Assembly: GCA_019358935.1 (NCBI GenBank) | Contig: JAHHIK010000016.1 | Location: 1-64,000 of the forward strand | Length of the DNA: 64,000 nt | From: Tolypothrix carrinoi HA7290-LM1 | GTDB lineage: Bacteria > Cyanobacteriota > Cyanobacteriia > Cyanobacteriales > Nostocaceae | Reading direction: 5' to 3' | Part shown: positions 50,228 to 61,697 of the stretch, piece by piece | Layout of the letters: each line of letters starts with the position of its first letter | How positions within the stretch are numbered: the stretch's first letter is position 1 | Made by a program: the position numbers and the translations under genes | The notes under the pieces: generated by a model | Told to the model about the DNA's origin: nothing | The model's input: only the letters and a program-made list of their open reading frames with translations | Databases searched by the model: none

Positions 50228-52639
50228 TTACCGATGCTTATGCTCTTCTAAAATTGCTTGCGCTCTTGGCTTGTAAATCAAATAGAACAAAGTCTCAATG
50301 TAGCGCAACAAATCCTCCCGATTTTCCTTAGAGTTAAAGTTCCAGAAGCCATAAATCCGTGCTAATGATAGCAGCTTGGTAGTGTGAATTTTCCAAGTGT
50401 AGGTGCTATAAACTCGGTTAATAGCTTGCTGAGAAACTTCATTCCAATAGTTCGGATTTTGTTCGCACTTCAGCACAAATTCGATAATTTTATCGGCTGT
50501 CTCTTCTAAATTTGTGGGGTTAATGTAAAAGCCATTAACTTTATTTTGGATAATTTCCAAAGGACCACCAAACTGAGTAGCAAAAGTTGGTAATCCGGAA
50601 ATCATTGCTTCCAAAATAGTCAAACCGAAAGCTTCAAATAAAGCTGGCTGGACAAACACACCTTGATGGTCAGCAATTACTCGGTAAACTTCACCAGATT
50701 GACCTTTAGACAAACGCACACCTAACCAACGAATCTTGCCATGAAGATTGTATTGCTCAATGATGTTGTAAAGTTTGATAATTTCGTCGCGTTCTTCGTT
50801 GTCGCCTGATTCTTCAACTCGCAACTTACCGGCGATTAAAATTAAGTTGAAATGCTCTTGCAATTCTGGACTTTTACCAAAGCATTCGGCTAAACCTGTC
50901 ATGTTCTTAATGCGGTCGAGACGTGCCATTGAGAACAGCGGACGCTTGTTGGGGTCGTCGAGTCTGCCAAATATCTGTGAGGAGTCGTCTAAGGTAAAGA
51001 GCATTTCTTCAATTCTCAGGCGATCGCTCTCTACACGGTCTTCATGACGCGTGTAGGGGAAGTAAGCTTTTTCATTTACTCCCGGTGGTACTACATTAAA
51101 CTTGGGACTAAACAGTTCAATTCCATTCACCACATGATACAAATCTGGCATGGTGAAGCATTTGTAAGACTCATATTGTCCGACACTATCCGGCGTACCG
51201 ACAATTTCTTGATAGGTGCTGCTGATGATGAAGTTAGCAGCATTCATTGCAATCAAATCAGCAGTAAACTGTAAGGAAAAATGATATTTATCCTCCAAAT
51301 CATTCCAGTAAAGGTTACTGAACAAGTATTTGGACTTTTCCAAAGCGTGGGCAATGTTACACTGCGTTACTTTCAGACGCCGCGCCAGGAGAAACGCCAC
51401 CAAATTTCCATCAGTATAGTTACCCACAATTAAGTCAGGTTTACCTTGAAATTCTGCCAGCAATTCTTTTTCAGAATCAATGGCGAAAGTTTCTAAATAA
51501 GGCCAAAACTCAAATCGAGAAATCCAGTTTTGCGTCATGTTGGGATTAAATTCCCGCAGAGGTACGCGCAAAATCCAGGCATTTTCGGTGCCATGAACTT
51601 TTTCTAAACGTTGGTTACAAAGAGTGCCATCACTGTTGGGTATTAAGCGGGTGAGAATAATTACTTTTGGCTCAACATTGAGTTTTTCTAAGCCAGCTAA
51701 GATGGCATCTTCTTGTAACTGTTGTTCGAGAGTTTTTGCTTGGTCGAGGACGTAAACTACCTGACCACCAGTATCGGGACGTCCTAAAACTCCTTCTTGT
51801 CCAAACCAACCGTGAGCTGACACCAAGACGATTTTAAAAATCATCGGGATGCGAGAGATAAACGCTTCTAGGGTTTGGGGGTCGGGAGAGTCGATTAATT
51901 CATCAAGAATTTCTAAGCTTTCGCGGACGCGAGAAGCGGTGTTACCCCAACCCGGTTCAAAGCCCATCATTTGCAATTGAAACCGGAATTCTTCGTAGGG
52001 TTCATCAGTTGGGCGATCGCTTACAAATCCGATTGCTTTTTTAACTTGTTCGGAAAGTTGCTGCTGTGTTTGAATGTTGTTATTGATCAGCAGTTGGATG
52101 CCGTTGTATTGGTGCAAGCGCAGAAAATTAAACAAGCCTTCTAGCCATTCCTTCGGGTCTTGGAACAACTTGCTGGAGAGATAACGGTTGAGGTACTGCA
52201 CCCCTTTGCCAATATTTTTCGGATCGCGAATTGTCGGGGTATAGTCGTAAAATGGACCGAAATCCAATTCTAGCAGATCGCCTTCTTGAGGGTGAAATCG
52301 GTTTACTAGGCGATCGCGCAGATCCAAAAGTTCGTCCACCGATATCGATTCCACACTCAAGTCTTCCGTCAGCCGATAAACTTCTTGACTGGCTATTTTT
52401 GGGCGAAAAATGAAACAGAGATTTGTACTGTCCTGAATAATTTCCTGAGTATAGTAAATTAGCTTGCCTAAGAGCGAAAAAGGCTGCTCTTTCTGGTGTT
52501 TAGAGCAAAATTCACTGTACACGTTCAGGATGTCGTTTCGCAGCAAATACCCCTTTTCTTGGCTGCGTAACTCGCTAATAAACGAACGCAAATCGCTTTT
52601 TTCTTCGCTGTTCAAGACTGCATGAATCAATTCAGACAT
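50228..52639 (-). CDS. susA: Sucrose synthase
   Basis: LGRPDTGGQVVYVLDQ, AHALEKSKY and EAFGLT motifs, 803 aa. Confidence 0.95.
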   Translation of the reverse strand: MSELIHAVLNSEEKSDLRSFISELRSQEKGYLLRNDILNVYSEFCSKHQKEQPFSLLGKLIYYTQEIIQDSTNLCFIFRPKIASQEVYRLTEDLSVESISVDELLDLRDRLVNRFHPQEGDLLELDFGPFYDYTPTIRDPKNIGKGVQYLNRYLSSKLFQDPKEWLEGLFNFLRLHQYNGIQLLINNNIQTQQQLSEQVKKAIGFVSDRPTDEPYEEFRFQLQMMGFEPGWGNTASRVRESLEILDELIDSPDPQTLEAFISRIPMIFKIVLVSAHGWFGQEGVLGRPDTGGQVVYVLDQAKTLEQQLQEDAILAGLEKLNVEPKVIILTRLIPNSDGTLCNQRLEKVHGTENAWILRVPLREFNPNMTQNWISRFEFWPYLETFAIDSEKELLAEFQGKPDLIVGNYTDGNLVAFLLARRLKVTQCNIAHALEKSKYLFSNLYWNDLEDKYHFSLQFTADLIAMNAANFIISSTYQEIVGTPDSVGQYESYKCFTMPDLYHVVNGIELFSPKFNVVPPGVNEKAYFPYTRHEDRVESDRLRIEEMLFTLDDSSQIFGRLDDPNKRPLFSMARLDRIKNMTGLAECFGKSPELQEHFNLILIAGKLRVEESGDNEERDEIIKLYNIIEQYNLHGKIRWLGVRLSKGQSGEVYRVIADHQGVFVQPALFEAFGLTILEAMISGLPTFATQFGGPLEIIQNKVNGFYINPTNLEETADKIIEFVLKCEQNPNYWNEVSQQAINRVYSTYTWKIHTTKLLSLARIYGFWNFNSKENREDLLRYIETLFYLIYKPRAQAILEEHKHR

Positions 52640-53451
52640 GGGAACCCCACTTATCGATTTTTGATTTTAGCTTTTGTTTAGATTTTGACTGGATAATGCC
52701 TCAAAAGTCAAAAAAAGCAACATCAAGGCAAAAAAAAGCAGATTTTTCCTTTTTACTTTGACCTTTTCTGTTTACCCATCAATTTCATCTCCTTTCTACG
52801 CATATCTTATTGCTGAACAAATTTCCCTCTAACTAAAGACGTACAATTTGAGATTTTTTCATTGACAGGAAAAATTTTCTCAGTGTCAAGTAACCCAAGG
52901 GCTATTTTGGGAGATACTCGCTATAAAGAAATTTTTGTTATTACCTGTAACAATTATCAAGTTAGATTTATAACGTGGCTGACAAAATTTTGCAAGCTTA
53001 TTTGTTACTGATTAACAAGCATCGTTAATTTGAGGCTCAACTAAATTTTAATAGTTGATATTGCTGGGTATTAATGCTTATTTTTATACTTTGGTGCAGA
53101 AAAGCTATTTTTAAAAGCCACAGGATTTATGAGAGAATGATTAATTTTTGTCAACAACAAAAATTAATTGTTTGCAAGTAAATATACTCAAAATGTTTAA
53201 CTTAAATGAATTAAAATCAACTTTTGGATGTTAACTAGAAAATGCCTGATTCAATGTGTTTATAATTTCAGCATAAAGTCGTAGAAATCAGGTTGTTTCA
53301 TATGGCTACAAATACACAAAAAGCAACATCTGACCACAGCGTAGGCAACATAGTTATTATGTCCTTGCTTGCCTTCTGTGGGTTGACCGTCATCTTTCTG
53401 CTTGGTCTTTTTTAACTAGAAATTAAAGTAGTCAACACCCTATAAGGGTGT

Positions 53452-53565
53452 CGCTATACAAACAAAGCCCGCCTACGCGGGCTGGAATCTCATAGCCCGC
53501 GTAGGCGGGCTTCCCTTCGGGACGCTGCGCGAACGTTCATGTAGCCCCAGGCTTCCAGCCTGAGG
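53452..53565. repeat. REP/MITE-like palindromic element
   Basis: agcccgcctacgcgggct / agcccgcgtaggcgggct and caggcttccagcctg. Confidence 0.75.
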
Positions 53566-53687
53566 GTAGTAGTATTCAAAATTTAAAGTAACAAAAAGCG
53601 ATGTCTGACGACATCGCTATTGATATTTAACTAATTTTTTTGTTGGGTAGTAATTTTTAATTTCCCCGCAGAAAGTTGACGTTACAA

Positions 53688-54773
53688 CTAACCCATGCCA
53701 TCGATTACGGGATGAAAGTAGAAAGCGAACCCCAACACTGTATAAGCGGCTAATAGCAATGTGCCTTCTAGCCAATTGGATTTCCCATCAGAACTAATAG
53801 AATTTGCAATTAACACCGATACAGCCACAGCCACTAATTCAAAGGGTTTAAAATCTAAATCCATCGGCTGACCGAATATTCGCCCTGCTATCACTAAAAC
53901 AGGAGCGACAAATAAAGCAATCTGCATACTCGATCCCACAGCCACGGAAACGGAAAGATCCATCTTATCTTTCATTGCCACCGTAACTGCGGTAGCATGT
54001 TCAGCGGCATTACCGACGATGGGAACCAAAATCACCCCTGTAAACAGTGCCGTCAAACCAAGCTGGGATGTGGCTACTTCCAAAGAATCTACCAGCATTT
54101 CTGACTCAAGCGCCACTAAAAGAGTACACGCTAACAGCACGCCAGTCCACAACAAAATATTTGGCTTAGTATGAGAAGTTTCCTCAGACTCGACTAAACC
54201 CACCTCATAAAGATAAGCGTGGGTTTTCATCGAAAATAGCAGCGTCAAAGCGTAAACCACGATTAATACTATTGCCACCGCAAGCGAAAAATTTTCTACG
54301 GTTTGTTGACTAATTCCAACAGAAGTTACGTTCATCGCTGTTGGCAGCAAAATCGCAATCACTGCCAAATTCATAGAAGCAGCATTTACCCGCGCTACAA
54401 TTGGCTGAAATGTCTGTTCTTTGTAGCGAAGTCCTCCCAACAGCATAGAAAGACCCATCACAAGTAGTAAGTTGCCAATAATCGAGCCGGTTATACTGGC
54501 TTTGACTACATTTACCAACCCAGCTTTTAGGGCAATTAAAGCAATGATCAATTCTGTGGCGTTACCAAAGGTGGCGTTTAATAATCCTCCTAGCGTTGGA
54601 CCAACTACCACAGCAATTTCTTCTGTAGCTGTACCCATCCAAGCTGCTAACGGCAAAATCGCTAGTGCAGCGGTGATGAAAACTGTCAACTCTCCCCACT
54701 TGAGAAATTCGGCTGCTAAGGAAACGGGGATAAACAATAACAGAACGAGAAAGAGAATGTTTTTACCGGACAT
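53688..54773 (-). CDS. cax: Calcium/proton antiporter
   Basis: LLNATFGNATELI and GNAAEH motifs. Confidence 0.95.
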   Translation of the reverse strand: MSGKNILFLVLLLFIPVSLAAEFLKWGELTVFITAALAILPLAAWMGTATEEIAVVVGPTLGGLLNATFGNATELIIALIALKAGLVNVVKASITGSIIGNLLLVMGLSMLLGGLRYKEQTFQPIVARVNAASMNLAVIAILLPTAMNVTSVGISQQTVENFSLAVAIVLIVVYALTLLFSMKTHAYLYEVGLVESEETSHTKPNILLWTGVLLACTLLVALESEMLVDSLEVATSQLGLTALFTGVILVPIVGNAAEHATAVTVAMKDKMDLSVSVAVGSSMQIALFVAPVLVIAGRIFGQPMDLDFKPFELVAVAVSVLIANSISSDGKSNWLEGTLLLAAYTVLGFAFYFHPVIDGMG

Positions 54774-54825
54774 TTGTTATCTAAATTCTAGGGGATCAAT
54801 GAAAATAGTTGGTTGTGAGTTGTTG

Positions 54826-55128
54826 GTGGGCATTGGGCAATGGGCATTGGGCATTGGGAATTGGGAATGGGTAATGGGTAATGGGTAATAATTCTTTTTC
54901 CAGTCGCCATGACGCGGCTATGCTTCAAGTCGGCAGAGCCGACGGCAGGTGCTACAACGGGGGGAAAATACGCAACGCACTGCCTCCCCAACGCACTGGC
55001 TCCCCCATGCCCCATGCCCCATGACGCGGCTATGCTTCAAGTCGGCAGAGCCGCCCAACGCACTGGCTCCCCCATGCCCCATGCCCCACTATCCACTATC
55101 CACTATCCACTTCCACTATCCACTTCCA
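54826..55128. repeat. STRR tracts with a duplicated small dispersed repeat, one copy carrying a 45-bp insert
   Basis: atgacgcggctatgcttcaagtcggcagagccg..cccaacgcactggctcccc occurs twice, with the insert at 54942-54986. Confidence 0.85.
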
Positions 55129-55568
55129 AAGACTAGATTCTAGGATACTCTCTACCCTGCGGTAGAACGGCTCAGAGATTCTACTGTTTGCACTTTTTGG
55201 CTAGATATGTAAAATTAAATTGCGATTTGTGCAGCTTTCGCAATCTTTAGTTACAAATCTATCAATTTAAGCCCGAATCCTACACCAAAAATGGGGTTTA
55301 ATATATTAAAAGACAATTAAGTTTTTTCGGGCTGCAAACCAAATAACCCGTTAACTAAGGCTTTTGACAATGGATAATTCATTCATGCCTGCGGTTCGGC
55401 TGAAGTTTGAGAAAGCAGATGACCCGCAAGACTAAAGCAAGATGTCAAAAATTAGCAAGTTTTGTCATAGTTGTTTATACCGAGCGAAGCGAAGATGGCG
55501 CGGTAACGATTTTTGCATAGATATTCGATAGCACAACTGTAATTTTTAGTGATTCAGGATAAAGATAC

Positions 55569-58226
55569 ATGACTTCAGCTGCTGAAATGCCAGCTAGTAC
55601 TGGCTCCAGATCGATGTCAAACCAAAGTACTGCATACACCCAGCAACCCGATCCATTGAGAACGGCTAGCGGTGTTTACGTAGCTGTACACGGTCATTTT
55701 TACCAACCGCCACGGGAAAATCCTTATTTGGATGCGATTGAACGCCAACCTGGTGCCGCACCTTTCCATGACTGGAATGAGCGGATTCACTGGGAATGTT
55801 ACCGCCCAAATGCCTTTGCCAGGGTGTTAAACAACCGAGGTGAAGTGCTGGGGATCGTGAATAATTACGAGTATTTCAGCTTTAATATTGGACCTACGTT
55901 GATGTCGTGGCTAGAACGCCATGATGTGGAGGTTTATCAACGGATTTTAGAGGCAGATCGTTCAAGTTGCGATCGCCTAAACGGTCATGGCAATGCGATC
56001 GCGCAAGTATACAATCACATCATCATGCCTCTCGCCAACGAGCGCGACAAACAAACTCAAATCCACTGGGGTAAAGAAGACTTCCGATCCCGCTTTGGAC
56101 GCGATCCCGAAGGTATGTGGCTAGCAGAAGCTGCCGTAGATTACGCAACCTTAGAAGCTTTAGTTGCTGAAGGCATTCGCTTTATCGTCCTCGCACCTTC
56201 TCAAGCACTACGTTGTCGTCCCTTACCAAATAACGAGAATCCGCACCCAGGATGGCACGAAGTCGGTGGCGCTCAAATTGATTCTACCCGCCCTTATCGT
56301 TGTTATTTGAAAGAAAGTGGGGAAAATGACGATCCCCCATACATTGATATTTTCTTCTACGATGGTCCGATATCGCGGGATATGGGTTTTAGTGATGTGG
56401 TTTACAATTCCAGTCACTTTACAGGACGCATCGGTTCAGCGGTGCGCGGGGATCATCGTCCTGCACAGTTAATTTCTGTAGCGACGGATGGGGAAACCTT
56501 TGGACATCATAAGAAAGGAACTGAGAAAACTCTCGCTTACGCATTCATCGAAGAATTTCCCCGCCAAGGTTGGACGGTAACGAACTTTGCCCACTACCTC
56601 AGCTTAGAAGCGCCTGCTTGGGAAGTTGAATTAAAGCCTGTCACGGCATGGAGTTGCGCCCACGGTGTCGATAGATGGCAAGATGATTGCGGTTGTGGTG
56701 GTGAAGGTGGAGTATGGCATCAAAAATGGCGGCGTCCGTTGCGAGATGCGCTAAATTGGCTGCGCGATCGCTTAGTTGATGTATATGAAGAATATGGCAG
56801 ACAGCTTTTTAGCGATCCCTGGCAAGCGAGAAATGAATATATCGAGGTGATGCGCGATCGCTCTCCAGCGAATATTAACAGATTCCTCAGCCGCCATCAA
56901 ACTCACAAACTGACAGCCGCCGAACAAGTAGACGCATTACGACTTTTAGAAATGCAGCGTCATGCTTTACTGATGTTTACTAGTTGCGGTTGGTTTTTTG
57001 AAGAAATTTCCCGCCCAGAAGGAACGCAGATTATGCGCTATGCGGCGCGGGCGATGGAATTGGCGGGAGATGTGGCAGGTGTACAGTTAGAAAAAGGCTT
57101 TGTTAAACGCCTTGGTTTAGCCCCCAGTAATGTTGATATATTCAAGCATGGTGGGGAAATTTATCGCCAATTGGTGCTAACAGCGCAAGTCGGTTTTAAG
57201 CAAGTTGCCGCACATTACGCGATTACTTCATTATTTGGGAATAGCGATCGCAAACCGACAGAAACCCGCAATTCTGCAACTAAGCTTCCGCATCCTTACC
57301 AAAAGCGGGTTTATTGCTACACGGCAAATGAGCTAGATTACCAAATGCAACGCCTGGGATCGCTAACTTTGGCGATGGGACAAGTAAAGCTGGTGTCAGA
57401 AATTACTTGGGAGAGCGAGCATTTAGTCTTTGCCGTGCTGCATTTGGGAGGCTGGGATTTTCATTGCTGCATTCAACCTTTTGAGGGTAGACGTAGTTAC
57501 AGCCAGTTAAAAGAAAAGCTGTTTGCAGCGCTGGAACAAGCGAGTGCGGCTCATACTATCTTGGCGATGACGCAGTTGTTTGGCGAAGAACCTTTCAGCT
57601 TGCAGAATTTATTCGCCGAGGAACGCCATCGAATTATGCGGTTATTGAGTCAGGAAACACTGACACGTTTAAATGAGCTTTATACTCAAACGTACCGGGA
57701 TAATTACGGAGTGATGATGGCATTCCACCGGGATCAACTGGAAGTACCGCAAGAATTGCAGGTGGCAGCGGAAATTGCCTTAGGGCATCGGTGTATGATG
57801 ACATTGCGATCGCTTGAGCAAGACATCGCCGAGCCGCAACTAAGCGCGAATCATCTGGTAGAATTAGAGGCGATCGCCAAAGAAGCGAAACATCTGCATT
57901 GTCGGTTGAACATTCACGACGGCAAGGTGATGTTAGAGCAATTGATTTTGCGATCGCTTTGGCAATTATTGCACGATCCCAACGGCACATTCGATGCAGA
58001 TATCCAACGCTTAGAAAGGTTGATAGATATTGGCTATGACATGAATATCGGTATTTCTTTGGAGCGATCCCAGGAATTATACTTTAGCTGTCTGCACAGT
58101 CAAATATTACCGCATTGTGCGGCTGCGATCGCTAGTGGGAAAGATACTCATCAGTGTCGGCATTTGTTGAAGTTGGGACAAAAGTTAGCTGTTGATGTTA
58201 GTCCTTGGTTGAGTCAGTTCGGGTAA
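55569..58226 (+). CDS. Glycoside hydrolase family 57 / DUF3536 protein
   Basis: HGHFYQPPRENP, GMWLAE, ATDGETFGHH and MFTSCGWFF motifs. Confidence 0.92.
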   Translation: MTSAAEMPASTGSRSMSNQSTAYTQQPDPLRTASGVYVAVHGHFYQPPRENPYLDAIERQPGAAPFHDWNERIHWECYRPNAFARVLNNRGEVLGIVNNYEYFSFNIGPTLMSWLERHDVEVYQRILEADRSSCDRLNGHGNAIAQVYNHIIMPLANERDKQTQIHWGKEDFRSRFGRDPEGMWLAEAAVDYATLEALVAEGIRFIVLAPSQALRCRPLPNNENPHPGWHEVGGAQIDSTRPYRCYLKESGENDDPPYIDIFFYDGPISRDMGFSDVVYNSSHFTGRIGSAVRGDHRPAQLISVATDGETFGHHKKGTEKTLAYAFIEEFPRQGWTVTNFAHYLSLEAPAWEVELKPVTAWSCAHGVDRWQDDCGCGGEGGVWHQKWRRPLRDALNWLRDRLVDVYEEYGRQLFSDPWQARNEYIEVMRDRSPANINRFLSRHQTHKLTAAEQVDALRLLEMQRHALLMFTSCGWFFEEISRPEGTQIMRYAARAMELAGDVAGVQLEKGFVKRLGLAPSNVDIFKHGGEIYRQLVLTAQVGFKQVAAHYAITSLFGNSDRKPTETRNSATKLPHPYQKRVYCYTANELDYQMQRLGSLTLAMGQVKLVSEITWESEHLVFAVLHLGGWDFHCCIQPFEGRRSYSQLKEKLFAALEQASAAHTILAMTQLFGEEPFSLQNLFAEERHRIMRLLSQETLTRLNELYTQTYRDNYGVMMAFHRDQLEVPQELQVAAEIALGHRCMMTLRSLEQDIAEPQLSANHLVELEAIAKEAKHLHCRLNIHDGKVMLEQLILRSLWQLLHDPNGTFDADIQRLERLIDIGYDMNIGISLERSQELYFSCLHSQILPHCAAAIASGKDTHQCRHLLKLGQKLAVDVSPWLSQFG

Positions 58227-58385
58227 GGGGACAAGGGGGAGAAGGGAGACAAGGGGGATGAGGGGGACAAGGGAGACAAGGAGGACAAGGGGGAGTTTGT
58301 CTCCTCGTCTTCCTTGTCTCCCCCCTCTCCCTTGTCTCCCCCCTCTCCCCCACTCCTCCACTCCCCCACTCCTCCACTTTCCTAG

Positions 58386-58652
58386 TTAAATGTGACGGTG
58401 AGTATTTTTTGAAGAGGCTTCGCGATCGCAATGGTAGGGATAAAGCCACTCACATTTGAAGAGTCCGTGGCTGTATTTTTCAAAAACAGTACCGGCATGT
58501 ATTCCTGGTGCTAAATCAATCCCGGCTTTTGTTTTGATTTCGTATAGCTTGGGAAAAGCTGCGATAAAAACAGCTATAACCACGAAAAAGCAAAAGAAAA
58601 GAGTTGTAACTTTGGGAACTTTTTGGTAATTGCTGTTAAGGTTTTTAGACAT
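58386..58652 (-). CDS. Small membrane-anchored hypothetical protein
   Basis: One TM helix and a coherent 88-aa ORF in operon orientation. Confidence 0.65.
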   Translation of the reverse strand: MSKNLNSNYQKVPKVTTLFFCFFVVIAVFIAAFPKLYEIKTKAGIDLAPGIHAGTVFEKYSHGLFKCEWLYPYHCDREASSKNTHRHI

Positions 58653-58682
58653 ATTGCCAAGAAACTAACAGTTAATATTATC

Positions 58683-58928
58683 CTATAAATCAAAATGTCG
58701 CCGAAAGCGGTGATCAGTTTTATCTGTTTTTTGAAGGTTGCAGGTAAAGCAGAGTGTTTGTAAGTTACTGATATCATTTTGACCACCACGGGCGAGGGGT
58801 ATAATATGGTCAATAGTGAGATTAGTTTCGTCATTTGCTTTACCACAACTTTGACATTGATATTTGTCGCGTTGAAATACATATTTCCTCACCTCGGTCG
58901 GGATGCGAATGCGGGGAGTTTTACTCAT
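58683..58928 (-). CDS. HNH endonuclease
   Basis: CQSC, TIDHIIPLARGG..NLQTLC..CN. Confidence 0.92.
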   Translation of the reverse strand: MSKTPRIRIPTEVRKYVFQRDKYQCQSCGKANDETNLTIDHIIPLARGGQNDISNLQTLCFTCNLQKTDKTDHRFRRHFDL

Positions 58929-59371
58929 GTGCTGACTTCGTTTATCATGCGACGAATGTCATCAAGTGGTGACTCTGGTTGAGTGATTTCGGGTTCATCT
59001 GGGGAGAATTCTAAGATAAACTGAATTTTAGCTTTTTCAGTTGTATTAGGAAAAAACTCTATAAAAGCTTGAGTTCTAAGTTTTCCTTTTTGCCAGCTTT
59101 TAGCACCAAGTCTAAGAATTTCACATTCTTTACCTTCTTTTGGTGAACTTAAATTAATAGTTAAATCACATTGTCCAAAAGATAGATATATTAAAGAATA
59201 AATCCTTTGTACTGTACCAGCACGTTGGTCTTCTTTTCCATAAAGATGATTTACTTTTTTCTTAAATTCATTTTCTAAATCGCTTTTTAATTTAGCAAAT
59301 TTTACTAAATTCCCATTAAATGACACAACATCATCATCATTACATTCTAAAAGTTTAAATTTATTGTTCAT
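58925..59371 (-). CDS. KGK domain protein
   Basis: CEILRLGAKSWQKGK..EFSPDEPE..ESPLDDIRR. Confidence 0.9.
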   Translation of the reverse strand: MNNKFKLLECNDDDVVSFNGNLVKFAKLKSDLENEFKKKVNHLYGKEDQRAGTVQRIYSLIYLSFGQCDLTINLSSPKEGKECEILRLGAKSWQKGKLRTQAFIEFFPNTTEKAKIQFILEFSPDEPEITQPESPLDDIRRMINEVST

Positions 59372-59405
59372 ATTAATTTATATTTTTTATTTACCTAAAA
59401 ATATC

Positions 59406-59804
59406 TCAAAAGCTGCTTTCATTAGCCATGCGACGGATGTCCTCAAGTGGTGATTCCGGTTCGGTGATTTGTGGTCTTTCTTTAATTTCCGGTTCATCAG
59501 GACAAAATTCTATAGTAACTTTGATTTTTATTTTTCCTTGCTGCCAGCCTTTTCCACCAACTTTTAGGACTTCACAATCTAAACCCTCGCCAAACCATTT
59601 CCAGGTTCTCAAACTTCCATGATTATTGCATCCCGGATCTATTTCAATTTTTTTGGATATTAATGATTTATGTAGTGTCTCTGCTAATACTCCCCGAAAT
59701 ATTTCTTTGATTGCGTGCTTGACATGACCAATTTTAAATGCTTGATTTTTAACTGACAAAGCATCATCATTATTACAATTTTGCAGATTAAAATTTTCTT
59801 CCAT
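59406..59804 (-). CDS. KGK domain protein
   Basis: CEVLKVGGKGWQQGK..EFCPDEPE..ESPLEDIRR. Confidence 0.9.
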   Translation of the reverse strand: MEENFNLQNCNNDDALSVKNQAFKIGHVKHAIKEIFRGVLAETLHKSLISKKIEIDPGCNNHGSLRTWKWFGEGLDCEVLKVGGKGWQQGKIKIKVTIEFCPDEPEIKERPQITEPESPLEDIRRMANESSF

Positions 59805-60176
59805 ATCAACCTTGATTTTTGAAATTGTTTTACAACTGTACTCAACAATTGTATTCGCATCAAATATAAATCGTCACTACATCGGCGAAACGCCCTGCGC
59901 CAAGCGCACGCTACGCGAACAGAATAGAATTCTGGGGCTATACAAACAAAGTCCGCCTACGCGGACTTCAAACAACTCTTCTCTTTGCGTCTTTGCGCCT
60001 TTGCGTGAGTAAAAAGAATATCAAACTACAGATAAATACAGATAATTACCTGTATTTACCTAAGCACATAATCGCATAAATCCCTAACGAATTCAAATCA
60101 GAAAACCTCTGCGATCCTCTGCGCTTACTTTGTGTTCCTCTGCGTTTAAAAACGCGCTCATTTTCACGCTTAGATT

Positions 60177-61604
60177 CTAATCCTCCTCTACAACATCCCC
60201 TAAACCATCTGATATGAGAAAACCATTACTCAAAATACTTCTTTTACTAGCTTCCGAAACCTCATAAATTTTCAGCGAATCATCAAATAGAGGTAACAAA
60301 CAGTCATATAACTTCATCGCTTGCAAACAACTATTAATTGCCGAAACTGCTGAATTATACTGCTCAATCTTTTGTTCAACAGTAAGTAATAACCGTCGAT
60401 TATTCAAGATTTTATTCTCAGCTTCTTGTGCAAGCGTTTCTTCTAAATAAGCACGCGCATGAGAGTATTGTTGCAAAATCTCATCCGCTTGCTTATCAGC
60501 CATTGGTAACAACTGACTTTTGATAGTTTGGTTAATAGTCTGGCGGAAGTTTTTGCGGATGGTTTCGGAAACTTTCGGCTCAAAATCTAACTTTAATAAT
60601 TGCCTAATTGCGGGTTCCGCTTCTACCATGCTTTCGCAATCGTAACCTTGAGAAGTTTGCAGCAATGTTTGCCGAAATTGATATATTGAAAAAGTGCCTT
60701 CATCGTAAAATCTGGGACTTTCTCGAACAAAGCGATCGCGAATTCCCCCATTCCCCCGCATCGTTTCCAAAAGTTCCGTTTCTTCCTTCGTCATATCACC
60801 CGCTGAAGCAGGTTTCAAGACACACACCACCGCAGATGTATCAGAATGTTGAATTTTCGCGTAAGTTAACTGTGCATCCTTCTCAACTGGCGCATCAATT
60901 CCCGGTGTGTCGATAATCACATTTCCATCCTGCAACAAAGGATGATGACAGTAATATTCAATGCGTTTCAAAACAGCACTATTGCTACCACGACGCGCAT
61001 ATCCAGCAGCTTCCTTCAAATTAGAAAAGTTGAATTGCTCCATCGAATATGTGGCATTATTAACTGTATGAATGCGTTCTCGATTTGCCACATATCCATC
61101 AAGCAATAAAATTAACGCCTTCGCTTGTTTCGCACGTTCCGATTTATTCTCACCACCCTCTTGCTGAATAATTGCTTCACATCCTTGATGCAACAAATCA
61201 ATTACTTCAACTTTATTAATATTGATTCCTTCCTTAAATTTCAACAGTTGACACAAAGAAGTTGCTTGTTCTCGAATTTCAACTTCACTTAAAAACGTTA
61301 AAACAACTCGTTCCTTATTAACTTCCGCATACTCAATTTTGCATTCCGTGCCAGTAGCATGTCCCTCTGCACTATACAACAATTCCCGCTCCAACAGCGC
61401 ATTAATTAGCATCGACTTCCCCGCGCTAAACGCACCCGCAAACACAATTTCAAACTTCGGAGAAATCGCTTTACCCAAAGAAGTTTGCACTGATGTAACG
61501 TCATGGCTTCGCAAACTTGGTTCTTGCTGTAAAAGTTGTAATATAAACTCAACTTGTTCTTTCAGATTTTTACACTGAAGCGGTAGATATGACATATTCG
61601 ACAC
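60177..61604 (-). pseudogene. Dynamin-like GTPase, apparently with an in-frame internal deletion
   Basis: G1 GAFSAGKS and G3 DTPG present, no G4 (NxxD). Abrupt IRDR|FVRESP junction on a HIP1 site at 60732-60739. Confidence 0.65.
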
Positions 61605-61697
61605 CTAAAAATATATTAATATAGTTTAAGAATATTTCTCTACTCAATGGTTCAGTAAAATTACTAGGTTAGTTTCTCATTCCCAACCACACCAAAA

